Shown piece after piece: positions 24,786-35,915 of a DNA stretch of 64,000 nt (position 1 is its first letter; every line of letters begins with the position of its first letter). Under the pieces are notes generated by a model, which saw only the letters and a list, made by a program, of their open reading frames with translations, had not been told where the DNA came from and did not search any database. A program made the translations under genes and the position numbers. Source of the stretch: Eledone cirrhosa (Eukaryota); assembly GCA_964016885.1 (NCBI GenBank), contig OZ024754.1, positions 39,246,001 through 39,310,000 of the forward strand, written 5' to 3'.

Positions 24786-27375
24786 TGTATGTATGTGTAT
24801 GTATATAAGTAATATATGTGTGTATGTCTGTATGTATTTATGTGTACGTATGTATATGAGTAATATATGTTTGTATGTATGTATATATGTATGTGTATGT
24901 ATGTATATAAGTAATATATGTGTGTATGTATTTATGTGTACGTATGTATATGAGTAATATATGTTTGTATGTATGTATTTATTTATGTGTATGTATGTAT
25001 ATAAGTAATATATGTGTGTATGTCTGTATGTATTTATGTGTACGTATGTATATGAGTAATATATGTGTGTATGTCTATGTATTTATGTGTACGTATGTAT
25101 ATGAGTAATATATGTTTGTATGTATGTATTTATTTATGCGTATGTATGTATATGAGTAATATATGTTTGTATGTATGTATTTATTTATGTGTCTGTATGT
25201 ATTATGTGTATGTATATAAGTAATATATGTATGTATGTATTTATGTGTATGTATATAAGTAATATATGTATGTATGTATTTATGTGTATGTATATATATA
25301 TAAGTAATATATGTGTGTATGTATGTATATAAGTAATATATGTTTGTATGTATGTATTTATTTATGCGTATGTATGTATGTGTATGTATGTATATAAGTA
25401 ATATATGTTTGTATGTATGTATTATGTGTATGTATGTATATAAGTAATTTATGTATGTATGTATTTATGTGTATGTATGTATATAAGTAATATATGTGAG
25501 TATGTATTTATGTGTATGTATGTATGTATGTATTTATGTGTATGTATGTATATAAGTAATATGTTTGTATGTATGTATTTATTTATGTGTATGTATGTAT
25601 ATAAGTAATATGTTTGTATGTATGTATTTATTTATGTGTATGTATGTATGTATTTATGTGTGTATGTATATAAGTAATATGTGTGTATGTATTTATGTGT
25701 ATGTATGTATATAAGTAATATATGTTTGTTTGTATGTATTTATTTATGTGTATGTATGTATGTATTTATATGTATGTATGTATATAAGTAATATATGTTT
25801 GTATGCATGTATTTATTTATGTGTATGTATGTCTGTATTTATGTGTATGTATGTATGTATTTATGTGTATGTATGTATATAAGTAATATATGTTTGTATG
25901 CATGTATTTATTTATGTGTATGTATGTCTGTATTTATGTGTATGTATGTATGTATTTATGTGTATGTATGTATATAAGTAATATATGTTTGTATGCATGT
26001 ATTTATTTATGTGTATGTATGTATGTATTTATGTGTGTGTATGTATATAAGTAATATATGTTTGTATGTATGTATTTATTTATGTGTATGTATGTATGTA
26101 TTTATGTGTGTGTATGTATATAAGTAATATATGTTTGTATGTATTTATTTATGTGTATGTATGTATGTATTTATGTGTGTGTATGTATATAAGTAATATA
26201 TGTTATGTATGTATGTATGTATTTATGTGTGTGTATGTATATAAGTAATATATGTTTGTATGTATGTCTGTATTTATGTGTATGTATGTATGTATTTTAT
26301 GTGTGTGTATGTATATAAGTAATATATGTATGTATGTATGTATGTATTTATGTGTGTGTATGTATATAAGTAATATATGTTTGTATGTATGTCTGTATTT
26401 ATGTGTGTGTATGTATATAAGTAATATATGTATGTATGTATGTATGTATGTATTTATGTGTGTGTATGTATATAAGTAATATATGTTTGTATGTATGTAT
26501 GTATTTATGTGTGTGTATGTATATAAGTAATATATGTATGTATGTCTGTATGTATTTATGTGTGTGTATGTATATAAGTAATATATGTATGTATGTCTGT
26601 ATGTATTTGTGTGTGTATGTATATAAGTAATATATGTTTGTATGTATTTATGTGTGTGTATGTATATAAGTAATATATGTATGTATGTATGTATGTATTT
26701 ATGTGTGTGTATGTATATAAGTAATATATGTATGTATGTATGTATGTATTTATGTGTGTGTATGTATATAAGTAATATATGTATGTATGTCTGTATGTAT
26801 TTATGTGTGTGTATGTATATAAGTAATATATGTATGTATGTATGTATGTATTTATGTGTGTGTATGTATATAAGTAATATATGTATGTATGTCTGTATGT
26901 ATTTATGTGTGTGTATGTATATAAGTAATATATGTTTGTATGTATGTATGTATTTATGTGTGTGTATGTATGTATTTATGTGTGTGTATGTATATAAGTA
27001 ATATATGTATGTATGTCTGTATGTATTTATGTGTGTGTATGTATATAAGTAATATATGTTTGTATGTCTGTATGTATTTATGTGTGTGTATGTATATAAG
27101 TAATATATGTATGTATGTCTGTATGTATTTGTGTGTGTATGTATATAAGTAATATATGTTTGTATGTATTTATGTGTGTGTATGTATATAAGTAATATAT
27201 GTATGTATGTATGTATGTATTTATGTGTGTGTATGTATATAAGTAATATATGTATGTATGTATGTATGTATTTATGTGTGTGTATGTATATAAGTAATAT
27301 ATGTTTGTATGTATGTATGTATTTATGTGTGTGTATGTATATAAGTAATATATGTATGTATGTATGTATGTATTT
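24746..27375 (+). repeat. 51-bp TATG-derived satellite, left block
   Basis: Unit atgtgtgtgtatgtatataagtaatatatgtatgtatgtatgtatgtattt. More homogeneous toward 27375. Confidence 0.95.
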
Positions 27376-28346
27376 CAGAATGAACTGAAATGAACATTTA
27401 CAACAATTACAACAACAACAACAACAGCGGCATCAAAACATAAAAAAAGGAAGGGAAAAGAAAAAAGAAAAGGGAAGGGGAAAAAAAAAAAAAAAAAAGG
27501 AGAAAAAAAAAGAAAGGAAAAAAAAAAAAAAAAAACTCAAAATAACAAAACACACACACACACACACACACACAACAGAACAACAACATCAACTGCCACC
27601 ACCACCACCACCGCCACCGCCGTCGCCATCACCATCACCAGCGACCTGGCCTTAAGAACAACTTTAATAATAATTTTTCTGCTTTTGGCACGGATCCAGC
27701 GACTGGCCAGCGCATCACTGGTACTCTCTTTTGTTGACTCCGTGGAGAGCCATAACTCTATGCTGTAAAGCAATTATAGTAATACTGGACTGTAATACGA
27801 TCGGCTTCAACTATACAAACTCTTGAAAGTCAACAGTTGACATAATCTGGTAATCTTGTATCAGTAATGACGGTAATATATATATATATATGTGTGTGTG
27901 TGCGTGTAAGTGAGTAGAGTAGCGTGTGTGTGTGTTTGTTGTGTGTGTGAGTGTTGCTGTGTGCACGCATATGTATGCGTGTGTGTGTATGTCGTACGTA
28001 TAAGTGTCAATAAGTAATTTTTTTTTTTTTTTTTTTTTTTTTTGCGCGGGGACATAGAAATAATCGGGCTGGATGCCCGATCGCGCAGTTAAACCACTGG
28101 GAGTGAAGAACCCCTAGCCCATGTCAGGGTATTCTTCTAGGAGAAGGCATCTCAGGAAACTGGGTTAACTCCGATATAAAACCTGCGGCTCAGTAGTTAC
28201 CGATGATGTTGATCTTTTCTTCTTTTCGGGTTATAGCTACTGTCGCTCAGAGAGTGGGATTGGTTCAGTGCACAGTCTTTCCTCACTTTAAAAATATTCG
28301 TCACGCACAGGCATTGCACGAGTGCATTAATAATTATTAATAGTGT

Positions 28347-28381
<35 letters not shown>

Positions 28382-28386
28382 TATTA

Positions 28387-28419
<33 letters not shown>

Positions 28420-31400
28420 CCCCAATTCAATGATGTTCCAGAACAATGTAAACGAGATAATTGCCAATTTGGGTTCTGGAACAAAAAAGATCATTGGCAA
28501 TAAGGGCAGGGGCCCCAAGTTATCACAACCTGGGCCCGCCCGTCATCGTGCCATTGTAATAGAGCCAAACAGGGCATTTAGTCTTGGCTGCTGGAACGTA
28601 CGGACGCTGCTTGACAGGGATTCTTTGGAGCGTCCTGAACGAAGGACCGCTCTTGTTGCGAGGGAGCTTCGACGTTACGATCTTGACATCGTGGCTTTGT
28701 CTGAGACGAGGTTAGCTGGAGATGGTCATCTTACGGAATTTTGTGGAGAATATACATTCTTCTGGAAAGGAAGAGATGAAGGAACCAGAAGAGAGGCTGG
28801 GGTAGGATTTGCTGTTAAGACTGTACTGGTGAATAAATTGGAAGAATTCCCAGTGGGGATTAGTGAGCGTCTTATGTCCATGAGAGTTCCGCTGGACAAG
28901 GGAAGATATGCTACCCTGGTGAGTGTGTATGCTCCAACTATGAATTCTGTCGATGAAGAAAAACTGTCCTTTTACCATGCCTTGAAAGGTGTTTTAAGAA
29001 ATATCCCTCAGGCAGACAAAGTCATCGTGCTTGGTGACTTTAATGCTAGAGTGGGTAGGGATTTTAACACATGGAATGTAATCGGAAGGCATGGGGTGGG
29101 AAGGTGTAACAGCAATGGTATGCTCTTGCTGCAGATGTGTGAGGAGCTGGATCTGTGTGTTACCAACACCATGTTCCAACAAAAGAACAAATTCAAGACC
29201 ACATGGATGCATCCTGCATCTAAGGAATGGCATCTTTTGGACTACGTCCTAGTCAGGATGCGTGACAGACAGGATGTGCGGTGTGTTCGTGTTCTTCGTG
29301 GAGCTGAGTGCTGGACGGACCACCGCCTGGTACGCGCAAAAGTGAATCTAATCACCAAACGTAAAATCCGGGCTCCTGGTGTTACCCTGCCCAAAAGATT
29401 GAATGCTGCTCGTCTTAAGGATAAAAATGTGAAGAGGACATTGGAAGAAGAGATGCAGGCTGCAGATCTTGGTGAGGATTGGCCGACCCTTAAAAAGTCG
29501 GTTTATGATGTAGGCAGACGTGTTCTGGGATTGGTGCAGAGAAAACATCAGGACTGGTTTGATGAGAAAGATGTGCATATAGATGACTTGTTGGCTGATA
29601 AGAGGCGCGCTCTGTCACGCTACTTGACGGCAAGACCACAGGAGAGGAATACGTTGCATGAGGAGCTCAGGGATGTAAAATCACGTGTTAGGCGGAGTCT
29701 TTCTCAGATGAAGGATCAGTGGTGGAGTGAGAAGGCTGGTGAGATACAAACTGCGTCTGATTGCAATAACACAAAGCTGTTGTACAGTCTCTTGCGTGAG
29801 GTTTATGGACCGTCTTCTTCTCTGGTGACACCGATTCGCAGCAGGGATGGCAAAGGACTTCTTCGTGACTCACAGGGAATTCTACGAAGGTGGCGGGAGC
29901 ACTTTGATGATCTTTTGAATCAGCCGTCTGTCGTCGGTGAAGATTTCCTCAATCTCATTCCGGAAAGTCCTGTGAAAGTAGCTCTCGCAGAGCCTCCGAC
30001 ACTTGTGGAGGTTGCAGTGGCTATTTCGAAGCTGAACAGTGGAAGATCTCCAGGTATGGATGGCATACATGCTGAGCTCCTACAATATGGTGGTGAGAGA
30101 CTCCTGCAACATCTTCACTCTCTGTTTGGAGGGATATGGGCTAATGAATCCGTGCCTGAGGACTGGAGAGATGCAGTAATGGTGGTCTTGTACAAGGGAA
30201 AGGGTAACAGGAATGATTGTGGGAACTACAGAGGTATATCATTGCTTTCTGTCGTGGGGAAAGTTTTATGTAGGGTGCTTCTGGACCGTCTGCTGACACA
30301 CATTGCAGATTGTGTCCTTCCTGAAAGTCAATCTGGTTTTCGTGTTGGACGCGGCACTACTGATATGATCTTCTCAGCTAGACAGCTCCAGGAGAAGTGC
30401 ATTGAACAGGGCTTGGATCTGTATCAGGTTTTTGTCGATCTGACAAAGGCTTTCGATACTGTCAACAGAGATGCATTATGGAAGGTTCTCCAGAAACTTG
30501 GTTGCCCTGATAAGTTCCTTGCTTTAGTTAGGTCTTTCCATGACGACATGAAGGCTTGGGTTAATGTCGGAGGTAACATGTCGGAGCCTATCTCAGTAAA
30601 AAAAAAAAAAAATGGAGTGAAACAGGGGGATATTCCAGCACCGACCCTGTTTGCCATATACTTTGCAATGGTTTTCTGTGTTGCATTCAGGAATTGCGAG
30701 CATGGTGTTTACATCCGATATCGAACCTCAGGCAGCATATTTAACATCAGGCGCTTTGCTGCGAAGACAAAAGTATTTACATCAGTCATAAGAGACCTCT
30801 TGTATGCAGATGATTGCGATCTTGTAGCGCACACAGAGAGTGATATGCAGCACATTTTGAATGTATTTTCTGACGCTTGCACTGCCCTGGGTTTGACTGT
30901 CAGTCTCAAGAAAACCGTCGTCATGTACCAACCTGCACCTGGTAGGCAGTACACTGAACCAAACATCTATGTGTATGGCAAACGACTTGGAGTGGTTGAT
31001 CAGTTTGTCTACCTGGGAAGCACTGTCAATCGATACGGCAACCTTGACAGTGAAATCTCACTTAGGATTAGGAAAGCAAGTGATGCTTTCGGAAAGCTAG
31101 AAAGGCGACTCTGGGGTCGGCGAGACATATGCAGGAGGACAAAGGTAAAGGTGTACAGGGCATGTGTACTCTCTTGTCTTCTTTATGCCTGCGAGACCTG
31201 GGTCACATATCGACGCCACCTTAAGCAATTGGAGCGTTTCCATCAGATGTGTCTCAGACGGATACATGGCGTTCGCTGGAGGGACCACATCAGTGATGTC
31301 GAGATTCTGGAAAGCTCTATGTGTGACAGTATAGAAGCTCTTGTGCTTAAGCAGCGACTCCGTTGGAGTGGTCACCTTGCCAGGATGAAGGATTCTAGAA

Positions 31401-31992
31401 TACCAAAACAACTCTTCTATGGAGAGTTGGTTAAAGGAAAACGACCGCCACATAAACCAAAAAAGAGGTATAAGGATTCCTTGAAGGCCTCTCTGAAAGA
31501 CGCTAACATCTCTGCTGATACATGGGAAAATATTGCTGCTGATCGTAATAAATGGAGAAAGACTGTATATGAGGGAAAAGTTGCCTTTGAGGCATCTCGA
31601 ATCGCACACGAGAAAGTAAAGCGGGACGTGAGGAAGGGTATTGCTGTTGCACTTCCAGACGGCGAGGGTCCTCCTATGTTTCTGACATGCAGCGTCTGTG
31701 CGAGACTCTGCCTAAGCAAAGCTGGACTCGAAAGTCATCTTCGCAGTCATAAAGTAAGACCAGTGGTTGACTACCAGGCTGCTGTTGGAGATGCTACTCA
31801 TCATGCTTGCCAAACATGTGGTAGAGAATGTAAATCAGCAGGAGGACTCAAGCGACATGCAAAAGTACACGAACTCCAACCACAGCCGACTATTCCCAGT
31901 AAATGTTTTGGTTGCCGACTCTGTGCAAGACATTTTGGATCATTGGCTGGGCTAAAAAGCCACATTCGATCGCAGCACTGTTAGTTGCTATC

Positions 31993-32030
<38 letters not shown>

Positions 32031-32109
32031 GCTTATGTGCGTGCGTGTGTGTGTATATGTATATGAATATGTATGTTATTATTGTTGTTGTCGTTATTAT
32101 TATTATTGC

Positions 32110-32161
<52 letters not shown>

Positions 32162-32186
32162 TTTTTTTTATTTTATTTATTTTTTT

Positions 32187-32226
<40 letters not shown>

Positions 32227-32265
32227 TGTGCAATGGCCATACTCGATAACGAGGGGGCAGCCATC
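27376..32265 (+). mobile_element. Apparently full-length RTE-clade non-LTR retrotransposon (about 4.9 kb including 5' leader and 3' UTR)
   Basis: Interrupts the 51-bp satellite exactly between ...tattt (27375) and atgtgtgtgt (32266). Contains a single long EN-RT ORF and ends caatggccatactcgataacgagggggcagccatc. Confidence 0.88.
28430..31984 (+). CDS. RTE-type LINE polyprotein: AP-like endonuclease, reverse transcriptase and three C-terminal C2H2 zinc fingers (1184 aa, uninterrupted)
   Basis: Endonuclease motifs GCWNVRTL, LSETR, VYAPT, LGDFNARVG, LDYV, TDH. RT motifs SPGMDG, NYRGISLL, QSGFR, FVDLTKAFD, GVKQG, YADD (30803-30814), YLGS. Zinc fingers at 31688-31750, 31808-31870 and 31913-31978. 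Confidence 0.95.
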   Translation: MMFQNNVNEIIANLGSGTKKIIGNKGRGPKLSQPGPARHRAIVIEPNRAFSLGCWNVRTLLDRDSLERPERRTALVARELRRYDLDIVALSETRLAGDGHLTEFCGEYTFFWKGRDEGTRREAGVGFAVKTVLVNKLEEFPVGISERLMSMRVPLDKGRYATLVSVYAPTMNSVDEEKLSFYHALKGVLRNIPQADKVIVLGDFNARVGRDFNTWNVIGRHGVGRCNSNGMLLLQMCEELDLCVTNTMFQQKNKFKTTWMHPASKEWHLLDYVLVRMRDRQDVRCVRVLRGAECWTDHRLVRAKVNLITKRKIRAPGVTLPKRLNAARLKDKNVKRTLEEEMQAADLGEDWPTLKKSVYDVGRRVLGLVQRKHQDWFDEKDVHIDDLLADKRRALSRYLTARPQERNTLHEELRDVKSRVRRSLSQMKDQWWSEKAGEIQTASDCNNTKLLYSLLREVYGPSSSLVTPIRSRDGKGLLRDSQGILRRWREHFDDLLNQPSVVGEDFLNLIPESPVKVALAEPPTLVEVAVAISKLNSGRSPGMDGIHAELLQYGGERLLQHLHSLFGGIWANESVPEDWRDAVMVVLYKGKGNRNDCGNYRGISLLSVVGKVLCRVLLDRLLTHIADCVLPESQSGFRVGRGTTDMIFSARQLQEKCIEQGLDLYQVFVDLTKAFDTVNRDALWKVLQKLGCPDKFLALVRSFHDDMKAWVNVGGNMSEPISVKKKKNGVKQGDIPAPTLFAIYFAMVFCVAFRNCEHGVYIRYRTSGSIFNIRRFAAKTKVFTSVIRDLLYADDCDLVAHTESDMQHILNVFSDACTALGLTVSLKKTVVMYQPAPGRQYTEPNIYVYGKRLGVVDQFVYLGSTVNRYGNLDSEISLRIRKASDAFGKLERRLWGRRDICRRTKVKVYRACVLSCLLYACETWVTYRRHLKQLERFHQMCLRRIHGVRWRDHISDVEILESSMCDSIEALVLKQRLRWSGHLARMKDSRIPKQLFYGELVKGKRPPHKPKKRYKDSLKASLKDANISADTWENIAADRNKWRKTVYEGKVAFEASRIAHEKVKRDVRKGIAVALPDGEGPPMFLTCSVCARLCLSKAGLESHLRSHKVRPVVDYQAAVGDATHHACQTCGRECKSAGGLKRHAKVHELQPQPTIPSKCFGCRLCARHFGSLAGLKSHIRSQHC

Positions 32266-33246
32266 ATGTGTGTGTATGTATATAAGTAATATATGTATGT
32301 ATGTATGTATGTATTTATGTGTGTGTATGTATATAAGTAATATATGTATGTATGTCTGTATGTATTTATGTGTGTGTATGTATATAAGTAATATATGTAT
32401 GTATGTATGTATGTATTTATGTGTGTGTATGTATATAAGTAATATATGTATGTATGTCTGTATGTATTTATGTGTGTGTATGTATATAAGTAATATATGT
32501 TTGTATGTATGTATGTATTTATGTGTGTGTATGTATATAAGTAATATATGTTTGTATGTATGTATGTATTTATGTGTGTGTATGTATGTATTTATGTGTG
32601 TGTATGTATATAAGTAATATATGTTTGTATGTATGTCTGTATTTATGTGTATGTATGTATGTATGTATTTATGTGTGTGTATGTATATAAGTAATATATG
32701 TTTGTATGTATGTATGTATTTATGTGTGTGTCTGTATGTATTTATGTGTGTGTATGTATATAAGTAATATATGTTTGTATGTCTGTATGTATTTATGTGT
32801 GTGTATGTATATAAGTAATATATGTATGTATGTCTGTATGTATTTGTGTGTGTATGTATATAAGTAATATATGTATGTATGTATGTATGTATTTATGTGT
32901 GTGTATGTATATAAGTAATATATGTATGTATGTCTGTATGTATTTATGTGTGTGTATGTATATAAGTAATATATGTTTGTATGTATTTATGTGTGTGTAT
33001 GTATATAAGTAATATATGTATGTATGTCTGTATGTATTTATGTGTGTGTATGTATATAAGTAATATATGTATGTATGTATGTATTTATGTGTGTGTATGT
33101 ATATAAGTAATATATGTATGTATGTCTGTACGTATTTATGTGTGTGTATGTATATAAGTAATATATGTTTGTATGTATGTATGTATTTATGTGTGTGTAT
33201 GTATATAAGTAATATATGTATGTATGTCTGTATGTGTTTATGTATG
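32266..33246 (+). repeat. 51-bp TATG-derived satellite, right block
   Basis: Same unit as 24746-27375, resuming in register after the LINE. Confidence 0.95.
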
Positions 33247-33656
33247 CCAGGTGATTGCAGTGGAAGGAAGCTGCAGTTGGTAGAAGGTAGGGGGATGTAT
33301 AATTCAGTTGACTAGTTAATGCTATCTTCCAATTCCAGCAACCTTTGGACAGTGGACGAGAGTGTCCAGTTACAGAGGATGGTAATTCGCCTGGGTCAAG
33401 CTAAGGTCTATGCATTTACAGAAAGCAGAGAACGTGGGAGTTGGGTGGGGTATTGGGCAGGAATATATCAAGTGGGGAAAAAAAATTTTACAAATGTATA
33501 TAAGTAAGAGTTAAACAAGTTACATTAATGCATATATATATATATATATACACGTATATATTATATATATATATACACGTATATATTATATATATATATA
33601 TATACACGTATATATTATATATATATATATATATACATAGTTTTAATATAGATGAG

Positions 33657-33703
33657 ATTCTACAGGACTAGAACTGTTTCATTCATTAGAAATCATCAGG
33701 AAT
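33657..33703 (-). ncRNA. Minimal type I hammerhead ribozyme motif (Penelope/retrozyme type)
   Basis: Minus strand reads AUUC-CUGAUGA-U UUC UAAU GAA U-GAA ACAG UUCUAGUC CUGU A^GAAU. Stem I AUUC/GAAU, stem II UUC/GAA, stem III ACAG/CUGU, GUA cleavage triplet. Confidence 0.7.
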
Positions 33704-33822
33704 GTGGTTACCTCCGATTCAACCCGGAATAACGTACATATATATATACATCTATATATACATATATATATATATATATACGTATATATTATACATATAT
33801 ACATACATATATATATATTCAC

Positions 33823-33881
<59 letters not shown>

Positions 33882-33896
33882 CATATATATATATAC

Positions 33897-33927
<31 letters not shown>

Positions 33928-34231
33928 CACATATATATATATATATACATATACATTTACACACCAGGGGCGAAGGGTGCGTGCGTGCATTATAGAATCT
34001 TGAGTTGATCAATTGCGTTGGTTGAAGCAAGCAGAATTTTGGCTGCTTACTAAATCGTTGACACAAAAAAATAACACACACTAGATAACACTACATGCGG
34101 CTTTGACCGGGAGGGTCATTTAGAGGGAATTGGGGGTGAGATGGGGGTAAGGCTGCACAGCCCCACTTTCGACCATGGCGATTGGACTGCATGCCCTGCT
34201 TTCCAGGTTACCCTTTGCCACTGATACACAA

Positions 34232-34298
<67 letters not shown>

Positions 34299-34418
34299 TA
34301 TACATATATACATACATATATATATATATACATATACATACATATATACATACATATATATATAACTTTGAATAACTTTGAAATGTTTTGGCCAGTATTG
34401 GCCCAGGCCATGTCTAAC

Positions 34419-35110
34419 TTAATAGCACCACCTGGCGAAGTCTTTCAATTCAGGATTTGGGCACCATGGCCCATTCGAGAAGAGAATTACTGTTTGCGGA
34501 GACAAACAGTAATTCTCTTGGGTGGGTGGTTTGTCCGGGATTACTTGGAGGAATTTGTCCAAAGACTTCTTGAATTTTGTGTGGTCAGTTTCTGTTTTGA
34601 CGTGTCCTGGTGTGATGTTGAAGAGAGCAGGGCCGATTGAGGTGAAATAATTGTGCCGTATTGTTGTTATGAGTTGCGATTTAGATTTTTGTATAGGACG
34701 GATAGCACGGGGCCCAAGCCTTGGGTGTATCTTGAAGGCGATGCCAACATCATTTGGGCAGTGATGATGGAACATTTTCCACATTATGCAGATAATATAA
34801 CGCTCACGGCGACGTTGGAGTGAGTAAAGTTTCAGGTTTTCTAGTCGACCCCAGTAGTCAAGGTCTGACATGCCATCTATCTTTTTCGTGATTGCCCTTT
34901 GAGGAGCTTCAAGTTTCATGATACTTTGTTTCGTGTGGGGAGACCACAGTGGACAACAGTATTCAAGGTGTGGTCGGGCAAAAGTAGAGAAGAGAAGGAT
35001 AATGGTGTGGGAATCTCTCGACTGGAAGGTTCTGAGGATCCAGGAACACATTCTGCGGGCCATGTCAACTTTGCTGCTTATATGCGTGGCCCAGCTTATG
35101 TTGCTGTCCA
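34419..35110 (-). mobile_element. CR1-group LINE 3' fragment (RT C-terminal region)
   Basis: DSNISWATHISSKV...WILRTFQSRD...RPHLEYCCPLWSPH...LEAPQRAITK...RLENLKLYSLQRRRER...FKKSLDKFL. Confidence 0.88.
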
Positions 35111-35435
35111 CGCATACACACACATACATATATATATGTGGCAGCGATAATGAGGGACAGAGACCGCTGGAGAGAACTCGTCCATGGATCTCGGGAATTT
35201 TACCCGCCTTAGAATAGAATAGAATATAATATGCATATATACATATATATATATATATATATATGCATATATACATATATATATGTATATGAAATGAGTT
35301 GCGACGTGACCGGTACCAAGCTGTATTAGTCATTGCCTTGGACAACATCGGTGGTGTGGAGAGAGGAGACTGTTAGGCATGGGTGACTACTGGTCTTTCA
35401 CAAAACAAACCTTGCCCAATTTGTGCCTCTGAGGA

Positions 35436-35477
<42 letters not shown>

Positions 35478-35663
35478 GTATATGTATATATTTATATGTA
35501 TATATATATATATATGATATATGTATATATATATATATGTGTGTGTATGTATATATATGTATATGTACATATATATATATATATACATACATATGCATAC
35601 ACACACATACATATATATATATATACACACACACATATATATATACACACACATATATATATT

Positions 35664-35704
<41 letters not shown>

Positions 35705-35915
35705 TCCTATGCGAGCAAGACAATCACTCTTGCCTCAAGTGGGACTACCCCCGTCCAAACCCATGCAAGCGTGGAACACGGACGTTAAACGTTGATGATG
35801 ATGATGATGATGATATATATATATATATGTATGCACACATACATACATACATACATACATACATAAATTTGATTAGAATTATCTCCCTTTGTGAATTCTT
35901 TTTTGAAAAAGAAAT

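Noticed and set aside
28060-28160. HDV-like ribozyme in the RTE leader
   Set aside because: A P1/P3-like arrangement can be drawn, but the L3 loop and catalytic CxRA strand do not match; kept only as a structured-leader candidate.
28712-31719. Antisense ORFs within the LINE
   Set aside because: Short shadow ORFs opposite a long coding sequence, with no recognisable motifs.
34081-34111. Second Helitron 3' end on the minus strand (cccggtcaaagccg...ctag)
   Set aside because: Hairpin incomplete and no attached Helitron body; too short to support.
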